DNA from: a virus
Lineage: Duplodnaviria; Caudoviricetes
IMG/VR virus record: IMGVR_UViG_2923088545_000001
Span: 40 to 64,039 of that record
Length of the DNA stretch: 64,000 nucleotides
Direction: 5' to 3' (one strand)
Part shown: piece after piece, positions 35,628-44,772 of the stretch
Numbering within the stretch: the first letter of the stretch is position 1
How the letters are laid out: each line of letters starts with the position of its first letter
Position numbers and translations under genes: made by a program
Notes under the pieces: model-generated
Database searches by the model: none
Seen by the model: only the letters and a program-made list of their open reading frames with translations
Told to the model about the DNA's origin: nothing

Positions 35628-35840
35628 ATGAACGTCAAGCTTAAGGTCGGCGAACTAATAGAGCGACGGAACATGACGCAATCAACCCTTGCTGAACTGA
35701 CCGGTATAAGACCTAGCGCAATAAGCGACCTGTGTCGCAATAGAAGAGATCGGGTGCAGCTCGACCATTTGGCGAAGATAGCAGCGGCACTGGACGTAAA
35801 AGATATACGGGAACTGATCGATATAGAGAACGAAAAGTAG
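35628..35840 (+). CDS. XRE/Cro-CI HTH regulator (YozG-like)
   Basis: MTQSTLAELTGIRPSAISDL. Confidence 0.88.
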   Translation: MNVKLKVGELIERRNMTQSTLAELTGIRPSAISDLCRNRRDRVQLDHLAKIAAALDVKDIRELIDIENEK

Positions 35841-35893
35841 GGACGTTCAGGACGAGCGTCTCTTTTTTTGCGCTTAAAAACGGGGAGCCGACG

Positions 35894-35949
35894 TTTCAGT
35901 GTGGCGAAAACAGAACAAAACGGCCTTTCAGTGTGGCGAAAACAGAACA
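35894..35949 (+). repeat. Two exact 24-bp direct repeats, period 32
   Basis: TTTCAGTGTGGCGAAAACAGAACA at 35894 and 35926. Confidence 0.9.
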
Positions 35950-36885
35950 CGCTAAAACCGCCTTGACGCTTAGAGCCACGTGGGATACAGCCGTTTTTAG
36001 GTGTTAACGTTGTCTTATTCTTAGGGAAGACCTAGCGTCACTCCGTTCCGCAGATAACGCAATAGAATACATATAGAAGGACGGCGGCTTATTATTTGCG
36101 GTCGAGGCGGAGCCGAGGGCGCTGTACTTAAATACATACGGAAAGGATACCGTTAATAGGACGGAGATATAAACGTTAAGGACTGCGTAGATATACTTGT
36201 GTAACATACGGATATGCTGTCTTACGTTATAGAGAGACGTAACGCAACGTAACATACTAACGGCATGGTAACGATAATCAGACGGCGAGCAGCGTTTAGG
36301 GTACCGACATACAGGCGCTATGTAACGGCAGGCACAGACGGTCTATATAATATAGTACGAAGGCGGACGGTAGGGTGACGTGGATATACCGGAAAGGAAC
36401 TCCGCAATCAAGCAAGCGCCGCCCGCAGACGAGGCCACCGAAAACTCAGGGGGTTGAAAGCCGAAGCCAATCCGTTTATGCACGATCCTATACATGACGG
36501 CCGGCATAGGTAGCCCGCATGAATGGCGGCACGGCGGGGCTGGTACGATGCATAAAGTTCATTCGTTTAGTTGCGTAGGTCGAACGGCTACCAACCGCGA
36601 CACACCAACGTTTGTGATCAACGCGAATGTAACAGAAAGTCTTTTTGTTACTTTCGTTATGCAACGTTATGAGTGCGTTATTCAATAATGATCGCGAAAA
36701 ATAAACGAAAGCCGCCCGCCCCCAAGCGCCCCAGCCAAAACCGCCGGATCTGGTGAACAAAACTTGTGCACAATTTTTTAAACTCGGGGTGTTGATCGTC
36801 TGGTCCTACGTAGACGTACGTTAATCATCCGAAGTTTCTCGGAAGGGCTAGAGGGCTAATACGCTAATTAAACGGAGGGTCTGAC

Positions 36886-37059
36886 GTGAAAAGAATCGAA
36901 CCAGTACGGCTGAATTTCGAAACTGACGCAGAAGTAGAGGCGTTCTTTCAATGGGTACGTAAAGACCGTCCGTTAACGGAGGCGGAGAAAAGAGTACGTA
37001 ATTTACTTGCGAATCACAAAAGAGCGGAGAGGAGACGTTTGCGTGACGCTAATTACTGA
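36886..37059 (+). CDS. Small hypothetical protein (57 aa)
   Basis: GGAGG RBS, GTG start. Confidence 0.55.
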   Translation: MKRIEPVRLNFETDAEVEAFFQWVRKDRPLTEAEKRVRNLLANHKRAERRRLRDANY

Positions 37060-37324
37060 CGGATGTATTCAAATCGCGGCCAACGCTTATCTTACGGAAG
37101 GTGCAAGCGAAAAGCTACGAGAATATCTAGGCGAGGCATTGCCGCACTCGTTCGAAATGTACGAACTTAGACGCGATCTACCCGAAGTCCCACTAAGATG
37201 GGTCATCGACTACGGATCCTGGCGTCTTGTTGCGCTCTCCTCGGATATATTCCCGGAAGAGATTCCGCTATTTCCTGACGAAGACGGAAACGTATTTTTT
37301 GTTATACGAAAAGGAGGGCGCTAA
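37043..37324 (+). CDS. Hypothetical protein, paralog A
   Basis: GAGGAG RBS; similar to 37326 ORF. Confidence 0.65.
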   Translation: MTLITDGCIQIAANAYLTEGASEKLREYLGEALPHSFEMYELRRDLPEVPLRWVIDYGSWRLVALSSDIFPEEIPLFPDEDGNVFFVIRKGGR

Positions 37325-37325
37325 T

Positions 37326-37634
37326 ATGAGCGAAGAAATCAACGGCTGTATTAAGTTTATTGAAGACGGATATTTGACGAAAGAGACGAGCGATAGAGTT
37401 CGAGAACTACTCGGTATTGAAAATCCGGACGATCTAACGGAGCTGACTGGCTACATACTTGTAAGAGATCCGTACACTACTCCTTTCGGGAATATTCCGT
37501 TCGGTGCGACGTCATCTCTTGCTAATTATCGCCTAGTCGCGAAAAGCACCGACAGTACTCCGCAAGAAATACCGTTGCTGCCGGATGAAGAAGGCGTCTT
37601 CTTTTTCAGATACGTTAGAGGCGACCGGCCATGA
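37326..37634 (+). CDS. Hypothetical protein, paralog B
   Basis: AAAGGAGG RBS. Confidence 0.7.
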   Translation: MSEEINGCIKFIEDGYLTKETSDRVRELLGIENPDDLTELTGYILVRDPYTTPFGNIPFGATSSLANYRLVAKSTDSTPQEIPLLPDEEGVFFFRYVRGDRP

Positions 37635-37918
37635 CCACGCTACCTACTTTCGCCACCTGCGACGCCTGCAATCAGCGCACCGCCGTCGTACTAAAAGAAC
37701 GGTCCGTACGAAAAGGCGTCGTCGAAACGTACTTTGACTGCATCGTCTGCGGCGTTCACTACCCGACCGCGATCACGAACAGCGCGCTACGAACGAAAAT
37801 TGATGCGCTGAAGCAACTACGGCTTACGGACGGCTCGGCACCGACTGCAATCGACGCACTCAAAGCGGAAATAACCGCCGATATGGAAGCATTGCGGGAA
37901 CGATACGGACTAGCGTAA
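37631..37918 (+). CDS. Zn-ribbon protein
   Basis: CDAC...YFDCIVCG. Confidence 0.7.
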   Translation: MTTLPTFATCDACNQRTAVVLKERSVRKGVVETYFDCIVCGVHYPTAITNSALRTKIDALKQLRLTDGSAPTAIDALKAEITADMEALRERYGLA

Positions 37919-38114
37919 CGATTTTAACACGTAAAATGCACGAAATTAGACGTTTTGGTAGCCGTCTAGGGTATTCGTAAGGGTGGGTGGTGAAAAGCGC
38001 TGATTTCGTGTGATTTTTAACGCAATTAGAACGAGGCTTCCGGTCAGCGCCGGAGGTCTTTTTGTGCTTGCGTTAAACGCGCAGCAATAAAACGGACAGA
38101 GGGGGACGACGTGA

Positions 38115-38663
38115 ATGGCGGAAAACAAACGCGAATCAGTCGGCGGATTAAACGTAAAGGTAGACGTAGATGTTTCGGAGGCTATCAAAGGACTCAAAGC
38201 GGTTCAGCGCGAGGTAAAAGAGACGGTGAGGTCCTTGGCAGAACTACGTAGTCAAGACGGCGGAAATATAGATACTAACGACAAGTACGCCGAGTATATT
38301 AAACACATCGAGGCTGAAGTCGGTGAAAGATCCGGCGAAAGAGCGATGACAAACGATATTATCTATCGCGCATATGAAACAAGATACGCGGGTCCATTGT
38401 TGTTCAGGCGGGCTGCTGGGGTTACTACTTCACTACGGGCTTTAGCCGAAACATTCGATGACGTTGTGTACCTAGAGTATCAAGGAGATGAGTATCATTC
38501 AAAAGACATAAACGGAAAAATCGTTTTTAAAGATCCGGGCGTTACGCTGCCGAATTATGCGACGCCGTTACGACTAATCGAACTAGAGTCGGTAGATGAG
38601 ATATGGGGAACAACGAAGGCGATTCACGAAGTAACAAGTACAAGTGCGTATATAGTCAGATAA
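38115..38663 (+). CDS. Phage hypothetical protein
   Basis: GAGGGGG RBS; LNVKVDVDVSEAIKGLKAVQRE. Confidence 0.65.
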   Translation: MAENKRESVGGLNVKVDVDVSEAIKGLKAVQREVKETVRSLAELRSQDGGNIDTNDKYAEYIKHIEAEVGERSGERAMTNDIIYRAYETRYAGPLLFRRAAGVTTSLRALAETFDDVVYLEYQGDEYHSKDINGKIVFKDPGVTLPNYATPLRLIELESVDEIWGTTKAIHEVTSTSAYIVR

Positions 38664-38676
38664 AAAGCACCACGAC

Positions 38677-39222
38677 CTAAATCGTGATGCTCTCGTATGC
38701 GACCGAAATCTCGTCGGCTGTGATTCCGATATATTTCAGCGTATCTTTTTCGGATGAATGACCGAGAATCGCCATGATCCGGTCGACTGCGATATTCATT
38801 TCGTACAGGCGATAGCCAAACGTTTTTCTAAGCGTGTGAGTACCGATGTTGCCGATCTTTTGAGCGATTTCGGCGCGTTCGGCGGCTTCGTTTAGAATGC
38901 GATAGGCTTGGACGCGGCTGATCGGCTTAGCGCCCTTTCGGCTGGCAAATACGTAGTCATCGTCAGCACCTTCGAGTTCATTGACGAGCTTTTTAACGGA
39001 CGCTGAGAACGTAATGACACGCGTTTTCTTGCGCTTGGCCTCGGTTATTTTAAGAGACGTTTGGCCGCGAAGATCGCCGACCTTAAGCGAAAGTAAATCG
39101 GAAATACGAAGTCCAAAAGCCGTCCCAAGTTGCAATAACAGACGGTCGCGCCCCGGTTTGAGGGCGTTTTTTAGTTTATTGAAATCGCGTTTACTTTTAA
39201 TCGGAAATACTTCGTTAGCCAT
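38677..39222 (-). CDS. Minimal tyrosine recombinase (catalytic domain only, 181 aa)
   Basis: GLRISD, K, HTLRK, LGH, KY catalytic set intact. Confidence 0.92.
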   Translation of the reverse strand: MANEVFPIKSKRDFNKLKNALKPGRDRLLLQLGTAFGLRISDLLSLKVGDLRGQTSLKITEAKRKKTRVITFSASVKKLVNELEGADDDYVFASRKGAKPISRVQAYRILNEAAERAEIAQKIGNIGTHTLRKTFGYRLYEMNIAVDRIMAILGHSSEKDTLKYIGITADEISVAYESITI

Positions 39223-39235
39223 ACGTCTTCACTCC

Positions 39236-39265
39236 AATGTACTTTAATTATTTTTAAGTTACATT
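39236..39265. promoter_or_regulatory. dif/lox-like 12-6-12 inverted repeat (candidate recombination site)
   Basis: AATGTACTTTAA-TTATTT-TTAAGTTACATT between the recombinase promoter and start codon. Confidence 0.6.
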
Positions 39266-39266
39266 C

Positions 39267-39295
39267 ATTATACGATATCGAATTCGGCAAGTCAA
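39267..39295 (-). promoter_or_regulatory. sigma-A promoter of small recombinase
   Basis: TTGACT-N17-TATAAT. Confidence 0.8.
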
Positions 39296-39324
39296 CGGAA
39301 AATAGACGGGAAGGAGGCGGTAGT

Positions 39325-41091
39325 TTGGCGTTTATTAACGGCAAGTTTTTGGAACGTGAAGAAAGGCAGGCGCGGATAGAGGCCGTAACGGAACGGCTGA
39401 AGAAACTGCGCGACATTATTCAAGCGGGGAAACATACCGAATATCACGTCGATCTTATGCGGAAAGATCGCGATGAATTAATCAAGCTGAAACGGGTCCA
39501 TCGCGCCGAGACCGATATGCTTTATTTCTTCTACGAATACTTTTCGGAGGCGAGAAACCCGGGTAATCCGGATAATCTCGTACCGACGACCGCGGTAGAT
39601 ATAGACGACGCGCCGGACTTTCACCGGAAATTATCGTCCATCCTCGATTCGGTATCTAACCGTAATAAAACGGCTCGTATCGCATGGGCGGCTTCGAGGG
39701 GACACGCAAAGTCAGCGTACCTATCGAATGGATTTCCGGTACATGAAATCGTCTATAAAAAGCGCCGTATGATCTTGATTATTTCGGAAACGAATGCCGG
39801 ATCGATCAAGTTCATTAAATGGGTCGCGGGCCAACTAAAGTATAACCAAAAGCTACGGGAAGACTTCGGAGAAGTTCTGTACGAGCAGAAAACACGCAAC
39901 GAAAAAGATTCCGAAACGGCTTTTATTACAACGACCGGAATCAAAATGGAAGCGACGTCTCTCGGAACACAGATCCGTGGTTTCCGTAATGGCTCGCAGC
40001 GACCGGATTTAATTCTATTAGACGACCTGGAGTCTCTCGACTCGAACAATACTCCTGAATTGCGCCAAAAGGCGAAGGATTGGCTTAACCAAGACCTTAT
40101 GCCAGCGGGTGATCCCACGAAAACAGCGTTTATTTTCATGGGGACACTTGTACACTTCGACTCTTTGCTGAACTACGTACTGAACGAACGTCGCGATTTT
40201 ATTAAGAACAGTTTCCCAGCGATTATCAAACCGCCGAAACGAACAGACTTGTGGGCGGAGTTCGAACGTATTTACAAAGAGTACGTACCAAGCGACGAAG
40301 AAGTCGAAGAAATGATGCAGGCGGAATCAGAAGACACAATGTCTACACCGAATGCGCGCGCTGCAATGCGATTCTACGAAGAGCATAAATCAGAAATGGA
40401 CGAAGGCGCCGAAGTTTTGTGGCCTGGCCGCTTTCCTTTGCCAGCGTTGATCATCGAAAAGGCCAACATCACCACAAAGGCATTCAATACCGAATTTATG
40501 AATAACCCAATCGATGAGGATTCGCAACTATTCAAGCCGGAGTCCTTTTCGTATTGGACGGATTTTAGACTGAACTACAAAGAGTACGCCATTTACATGG
40601 GAATTGACTTCGCGATGGGTAAAGAACGAGGAGACTTTTCGGCTATTGTCACGATAGCCAAGCATAAAAAGACCGGAAAAATTTACGTAATAGATGCGTA
40701 TGGAGAGCGGATAAAGCCCGATCAGTTCATGCGAAAAATCGTCGAGAAGGTCATTCAGTATTTGCCGGATCGTATCGCGGCTGAGTCGCAGATGGCGCAA
40801 GAGTTTTTCATCGACGAACTGAAAAAAGAACTTACGATGCAAGGTTATCCGGCAGGCTCACGCGTTACTAAAATCAATCAGCGTTCGCGTAAAGAACTTC
40901 GTATAGAAGCACTCATGCCGCAGATTGAGAAAGGTGAGATCGAATTTCACCGCAGCCAAGCGCTTTTACTCGAACAGTTTGAGCGCTACGGATCGAACTG
41001 GCATGATGATTTACCTGATGCGTTAGAAATGGCGGTGAGTGTCAGTAAACGAGCCAAAACGGTGATTAAAGCGAAGCCAAAGTGTATGTAA
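39325..41091 (+). CDS. terL: Terminase large subunit
   Basis: ASRGHAKS Walker A, ILLDDLE Walker B, GIDFAMG, HDDLPDALE. Confidence 0.92.
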   Translation: MAFINGKFLEREERQARIEAVTERLKKLRDIIQAGKHTEYHVDLMRKDRDELIKLKRVHRAETDMLYFFYEYFSEARNPGNPDNLVPTTAVDIDDAPDFHRKLSSILDSVSNRNKTARIAWAASRGHAKSAYLSNGFPVHEIVYKKRRMILIISETNAGSIKFIKWVAGQLKYNQKLREDFGEVLYEQKTRNEKDSETAFITTTGIKMEATSLGTQIRGFRNGSQRPDLILLDDLESLDSNNTPELRQKAKDWLNQDLMPAGDPTKTAFIFMGTLVHFDSLLNYVLNERRDFIKNSFPAIIKPPKRTDLWAEFERIYKEYVPSDEEVEEMMQAESEDTMSTPNARAAMRFYEEHKSEMDEGAEVLWPGRFPLPALIIEKANITTKAFNTEFMNNPIDEDSQLFKPESFSYWTDFRLNYKEYAIYMGIDFAMGKERGDFSAIVTIAKHKKTGKIYVIDAYGERIKPDQFMRKIVEKVIQYLPDRIAAESQMAQEFFIDELKKELTMQGYPAGSRVTKINQRSRKELRIEALMPQIEKGEIEFHRSQALLLEQFERYGSNWHDDLPDALEMAVSVSKRAKTVIKAKPKCM

Positions 41092-41108
41092 CGAAAGGAG
41101 GACATTAA

Positions 41109-41534
41109 ATGTCGAGAATTAAGCAGCTAGAGGCGCAGTTGTCGTTTGAAAAGCGAAAAGCCGCCCAGGCCTGCGCTTTGAATGAGATTATGCCGGAAGG
41201 CGGCGAGAAGAAAACGCAGGAGCAACTCGCAGAAGAACTAGGAATGTCGCGGATGGGGTTGTATCGTTGGCGGACGCAAGATCCTGCGTTCATTGAGTAC
41301 ATGAACCTACTTGCGGATGACATGCTATCTAGTCACAGATCGGAAGTATACGGTCAATTAATGAGATTGATTAAAGGACAACAGCCGTCCGTTAAGGCGA
41401 TTGACTTATTTATGAAGCGATTCGGCCTATTAACCGAAAAGCAAATTATTACAGACAATACTACAGCCGACGAATCAAGCGCGGATATCCAAAAAGAAGC
41501 CGAGGCTTTAGACGATCTTTTGAAGGAGGAATAA
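41109..41534 (+). CDS. phBC6A51-type HTH protein (probable terminase small subunit)
   Basis: KTQEQLAEELGMSRMGLYRWR...PSVKAIDLF. Confidence 0.75.
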   Translation: MSRIKQLEAQLSFEKRKAAQACALNEIMPEGGEKKTQEQLAEELGMSRMGLYRWRTQDPAFIEYMNLLADDMLSSHRSEVYGQLMRLIKGQQPSVKAIDLFMKRFGLLTEKQIITDNTTADESSADIQKEAEALDDLLKEE

Positions 41535-41537
41535 GCA

Positions 41538-43139
41538 ATGGGTTTTACGGACTTTTTTAAGCACCGCAACCACGAACCCGACGACGGATCGCATACTAAG
41601 ACGTACAGTATCATCCGACCCGGTGCACAGTTTCCTCCCGCTGACTCAATAGAACGTCTAGCGAAATATAGGCGCATGAAAAAGCTGTTTGAAGGCCGCC
41701 ACCGAGACGTCTATGAACGTGCGACCGACGTTCTCAAAGATTCGCCGCAAGCCGAGCAATTAAAAAAGCTGTATATCGCGGCCAATCTAGCCGACATTCT
41801 CGTCACGAAGCCGGCAGACCTTCTCGTAGGCGAACCTGTTCAATTCGAAAGCGGCCTACCCGATGACAGCGAAGAACAAAAAGCGCTCAATCGCTACGTA
41901 GAAGAAAACGATATTAATCAACTTCTTCACGAAAGCGCAACAGCTAACGGATTCCGCGGCGATTCGTGGTTTAAGGTTCGTTACGGATACCGCCAAGACT
42001 TTTCGGAAGTTGAAAAACTCGGATTACCGGTGCCGGCAGACGCCGAGATGGAGGCGATTATTGAACACGTTAGCGCGGGCGCAGTCTTTCCGGATTTTAG
42101 CGTCGGAAACGTCAAGAAGCTAAAAGCAGTCAACATTGCGCAGGTGGAGTGGGTCGAAACGGAGAAGACGGAGATTCCGTTTTTAAACGTCGAACGTCAT
42201 GTGCCGGGTTATATCCTTTATTCGAGATACCGATTATACGAAAACGGGGTTGATACCTCAACTGGCATGTCTTTATCCGTATATACCATTGGCGAACAAC
42301 TGCCGACGGGGCGCGAAGAAGACATCGAAGAAACGCATCTGCCGCATATCCCGGTCTTTCATGTACCGTACAAGTCAATAGACGACGAGTTCTTTGGGAT
42401 CGGTGGCTTAGAGAAGTTAGAGACGGTATTTGCTGCGATTAACGACCGTTTAGTGCAGATCGACTACATTCTATGGAAACATAGCGACCCTACTGCGTAT
42501 GGTCCAGAGATTCAAGACGACGGAGATACCGTTCGCTTCGGTGGAGCTTATATTCCGGTAACAAAAGACGATCCGACGCCTGGTTATATGGTATGGCAAG
42601 CGCAACTAGACGCAGCCTTTAAAGAATTAGACGTTCTTTTGAGTACCGTATTCATGATGTCTGAAACGCCTCAGTGGCTTTTCGGAACTACGATGTCGGG
42701 CGATAACTCCGGCGGTACCGGAACGTCTCATACCGACGGTGCCGCGATTAAAGCGCGGTTCATGCCGATTTTATCAAAAGTTAAGCGAATACGCGCGCAC
42801 TATGATAAAGCGGTCCGAGATGCGCTTTGGACGTGCATGCTTTTAGAGAAGGCGGTCAAACGAATCAAGATTGACGAAGCCGTTTACCCGCGGGCTATTT
42901 GGAACGATGGTATTCCGCGGAATGAAAAAGAGCTTGCTGAGATCATGGAGATTAGAACGGCGGGCAAGCCGACACTTGACGTTCGGGACGCAATTAAAGC
43001 GATGGATGACGTCGATGATGAAAAGGCGGACGAAATCATGCGCCGCATTGAAGAAGACGAAACATCCGCGAATGGCTTCGTAGATGCGTCGATCTTTAAT
43101 GAGCAGGAAGCGCCACCGGAACCTGAGGACGATGAGTAA
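41538..43139 (+). CDS. Portal protein (SPP1 gp6-like)
   Basis: Size, position after terminase, acidic tail. Confidence 0.88.
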   Translation: MGFTDFFKHRNHEPDDGSHTKTYSIIRPGAQFPPADSIERLAKYRRMKKLFEGRHRDVYERATDVLKDSPQAEQLKKLYIAANLADILVTKPADLLVGEPVQFESGLPDDSEEQKALNRYVEENDINQLLHESATANGFRGDSWFKVRYGYRQDFSEVEKLGLPVPADAEMEAIIEHVSAGAVFPDFSVGNVKKLKAVNIAQVEWVETEKTEIPFLNVERHVPGYILYSRYRLYENGVDTSTGMSLSVYTIGEQLPTGREEDIEETHLPHIPVFHVPYKSIDDEFFGIGGLEKLETVFAAINDRLVQIDYILWKHSDPTAYGPEIQDDGDTVRFGGAYIPVTKDDPTPGYMVWQAQLDAAFKELDVLLSTVFMMSETPQWLFGTTMSGDNSGGTGTSHTDGAAIKARFMPILSKVKRIRAHYDKAVRDALWTCMLLEKAVKRIKIDEAVYPRAIWNDGIPRNEKELAEIMEIRTAGKPTLDVRDAIKAMDDVDDEKADEIMRRIEEDETSANGFVDASIFNEQEAPPEPEDDE

Positions 43140-43969
43140 TGGCGAAAGTACCGGCACCTAACTACTATTATCAGACGAAGCAACTTGCCGGCTATTATCG
43201 TTCCGCCATCAAAGACATTCTCGCCGAGCTTGATCGCGTTGATATTTCGGATTTCCGACGAGCTAATGCACTTGCGACGCTTCAATCAATCAGCCGTATT
43301 TTAGCCGACCTTGATACGAAGTCAGCGCGGTGGGTTAGTGAAAACGTACCCATAGCCGCAAACGATGGCGTAATAAATACGCTTGTGGCGCTTAAGATAG
43401 CCGAGACAGTTGAACAAGCGGCGCTTATCGTAAAGTTCAACGAGTTAAACGAAGCAATGGTCGCGGCTGCTATTGCGGATACGCAAGCCGATCTCCTAGC
43501 CGTCACGCAGAACGTAGATCGGAAAACGAAAGCCGCGGTTCGCCGAGCCGTTTCCGATTCCATAAAGTACAACATGGCGGCGGGTACAAACGGACGACGG
43601 ACGATACGAGACGATATCAAAAAGCGGCTCAAAGAATCGGTCGTGACCGGAATCGTCGACGCAAAAGGACGTCGCTGGAAGCCGGAAGTATACGCCGACA
43701 TGGTGACCCGGACGAAAATGATGCAGACATACCGCGAAGCAACGACTAACGAAGCCGTTGATCGCGGCGTTTTGTATGCGCAAATATCGTCACACGGGGC
43801 AAAAGACGCCTGTCGGGGCCATGAAGGCGAGATCATAAAGTTGACACCGGATGCGCCTGGCGATTTTAAAACCTACGAAGAACTACAGGCGACGGGCGAG
43901 ATATTTCATCCGCGTTGTAAGCACGTATATTCACCGATTAGAGATGTCGGTTTATTGTCCGAACGTTAA
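43139..43969 (+). CDS. Minor capsid / head morphogenesis protein
   Basis: GRRWKPEVYADMVTRT, ISSHGAKDAC, FHPRCKH. Confidence 0.85.
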   Translation: MAKVPAPNYYYQTKQLAGYYRSAIKDILAELDRVDISDFRRANALATLQSISRILADLDTKSARWVSENVPIAANDGVINTLVALKIAETVEQAALIVKFNELNEAMVAAAIADTQADLLAVTQNVDRKTKAAVRRAVSDSIKYNMAAGTNGRRTIRDDIKKRLKESVVTGIVDAKGRRWKPEVYADMVTRTKMMQTYREATTNEAVDRGVLYAQISSHGAKDACRGHEGEIIKLTPDAPGDFKTYEELQATGEIFHPRCKHVYSPIRDVGLLSER

Positions 43970-44032
43970 GACGTTAAACTAAACGGCTGTTTTATCTAAT
44001 AGGCGACGGCCTTAAAACGGTTGGAGGACGAT

Positions 44033-44716
44033 ATGTTTGTAAAACGATTTATGCCGTTATTTGACGCAGATGATCAAGCAGGCGGAGGTCAAGTCGATGA
44101 GCAAGTGACGGAGCAACCGAACGAAGATCAGCCGAAGAAAATCGAGCTTACGCAAGAAGAACTAGACGCGATGATTACCAAACGCATTAGTCGTACGGAA
44201 TCTAAATACGCAGATTACGGCGAGCTAAAAGAGAAGCTAAGTGCGTACGAAAAAGCGGAGCAAGAAAAGGCAGACACAGAGCTAACGGAACTCGATCGCA
44301 TCAAAAAGGAACTCGAAGCAAAGTCGGAAGTTGAGCAATCACTTACGCAGCAGATCGAGGACCTCAAAAAAGCGGGCGAACAAGAAAAGATTACGAACGC
44401 ATTCATCAAGGCGGCAACGTCGGAAAATATCGCTTACCTTGACGATGCATTGCGCTTGGCTGATTTAAGCGGCGTTTCGGTAGAAGACGGAAAAGTAGTC
44501 GGCGTCGAGGACGTAGTAAAGGCGTTGGTCGAAGAAAAGCCATTCCTTATTGCGCAGAAGCCGAAACCTATCGGTCAGAGTACGAATTCAGGGACGGATA
44601 AGATCGATAAGACGCCGGATCAGCTTATTAAAGAAGCCGAGGAAAAAGCACGTAAAAGCGGTCGTACAGAAGATCGCGCTGCGGTTGCTCAATTAAAAAG
44701 ACAGTTAAGAAAATGA
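44033..44716 (+). CDS. Capsid scaffolding protein
   Basis: Charged coiled coil; TQEELDAMI; KPFL; GGAGG RBS. Confidence 0.85.
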   Translation: MFVKRFMPLFDADDQAGGGQVDEQVTEQPNEDQPKKIELTQEELDAMITKRISRTESKYADYGELKEKLSAYEKAEQEKADTELTELDRIKKELEAKSEVEQSLTQQIEDLKKAGEQEKITNAFIKAATSENIAYLDDALRLADLSGVSVEDGKVVGVEDVVKALVEEKPFLIAQKPKPIGQSTNSGTDKIDKTPDQLIKEAEEKARKSGRTEDRAAVAQLKRQLRK

Positions 44717-44743
44717 GACTCCTTTAATTAGGGGTCTTTTTTA
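44717..44743 (+). terminator. Terminator-like hairpin after scaffold gene
   Basis: GACTCC-TTTAATTA-GGGGTC plus T tract. Confidence 0.6.
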
Positions 44744-44772
44744 ATACAAACAAAAAAGGGGGACATATTTTT

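Noticed and set aside
35894-35949. 24-bp direct repeats as a CRISPR mini-array
   Set aside because: Only two copies, an 8-bp spacer and no cas genes; the 19621 nuclease is a replication-module exonuclease
36004-36760. ORFs 36004-36255, 36488-36760 and 36494-36688 as genes
   Set aside because: No convincing RBS, atypical composition, and they overlap each other on opposite strands
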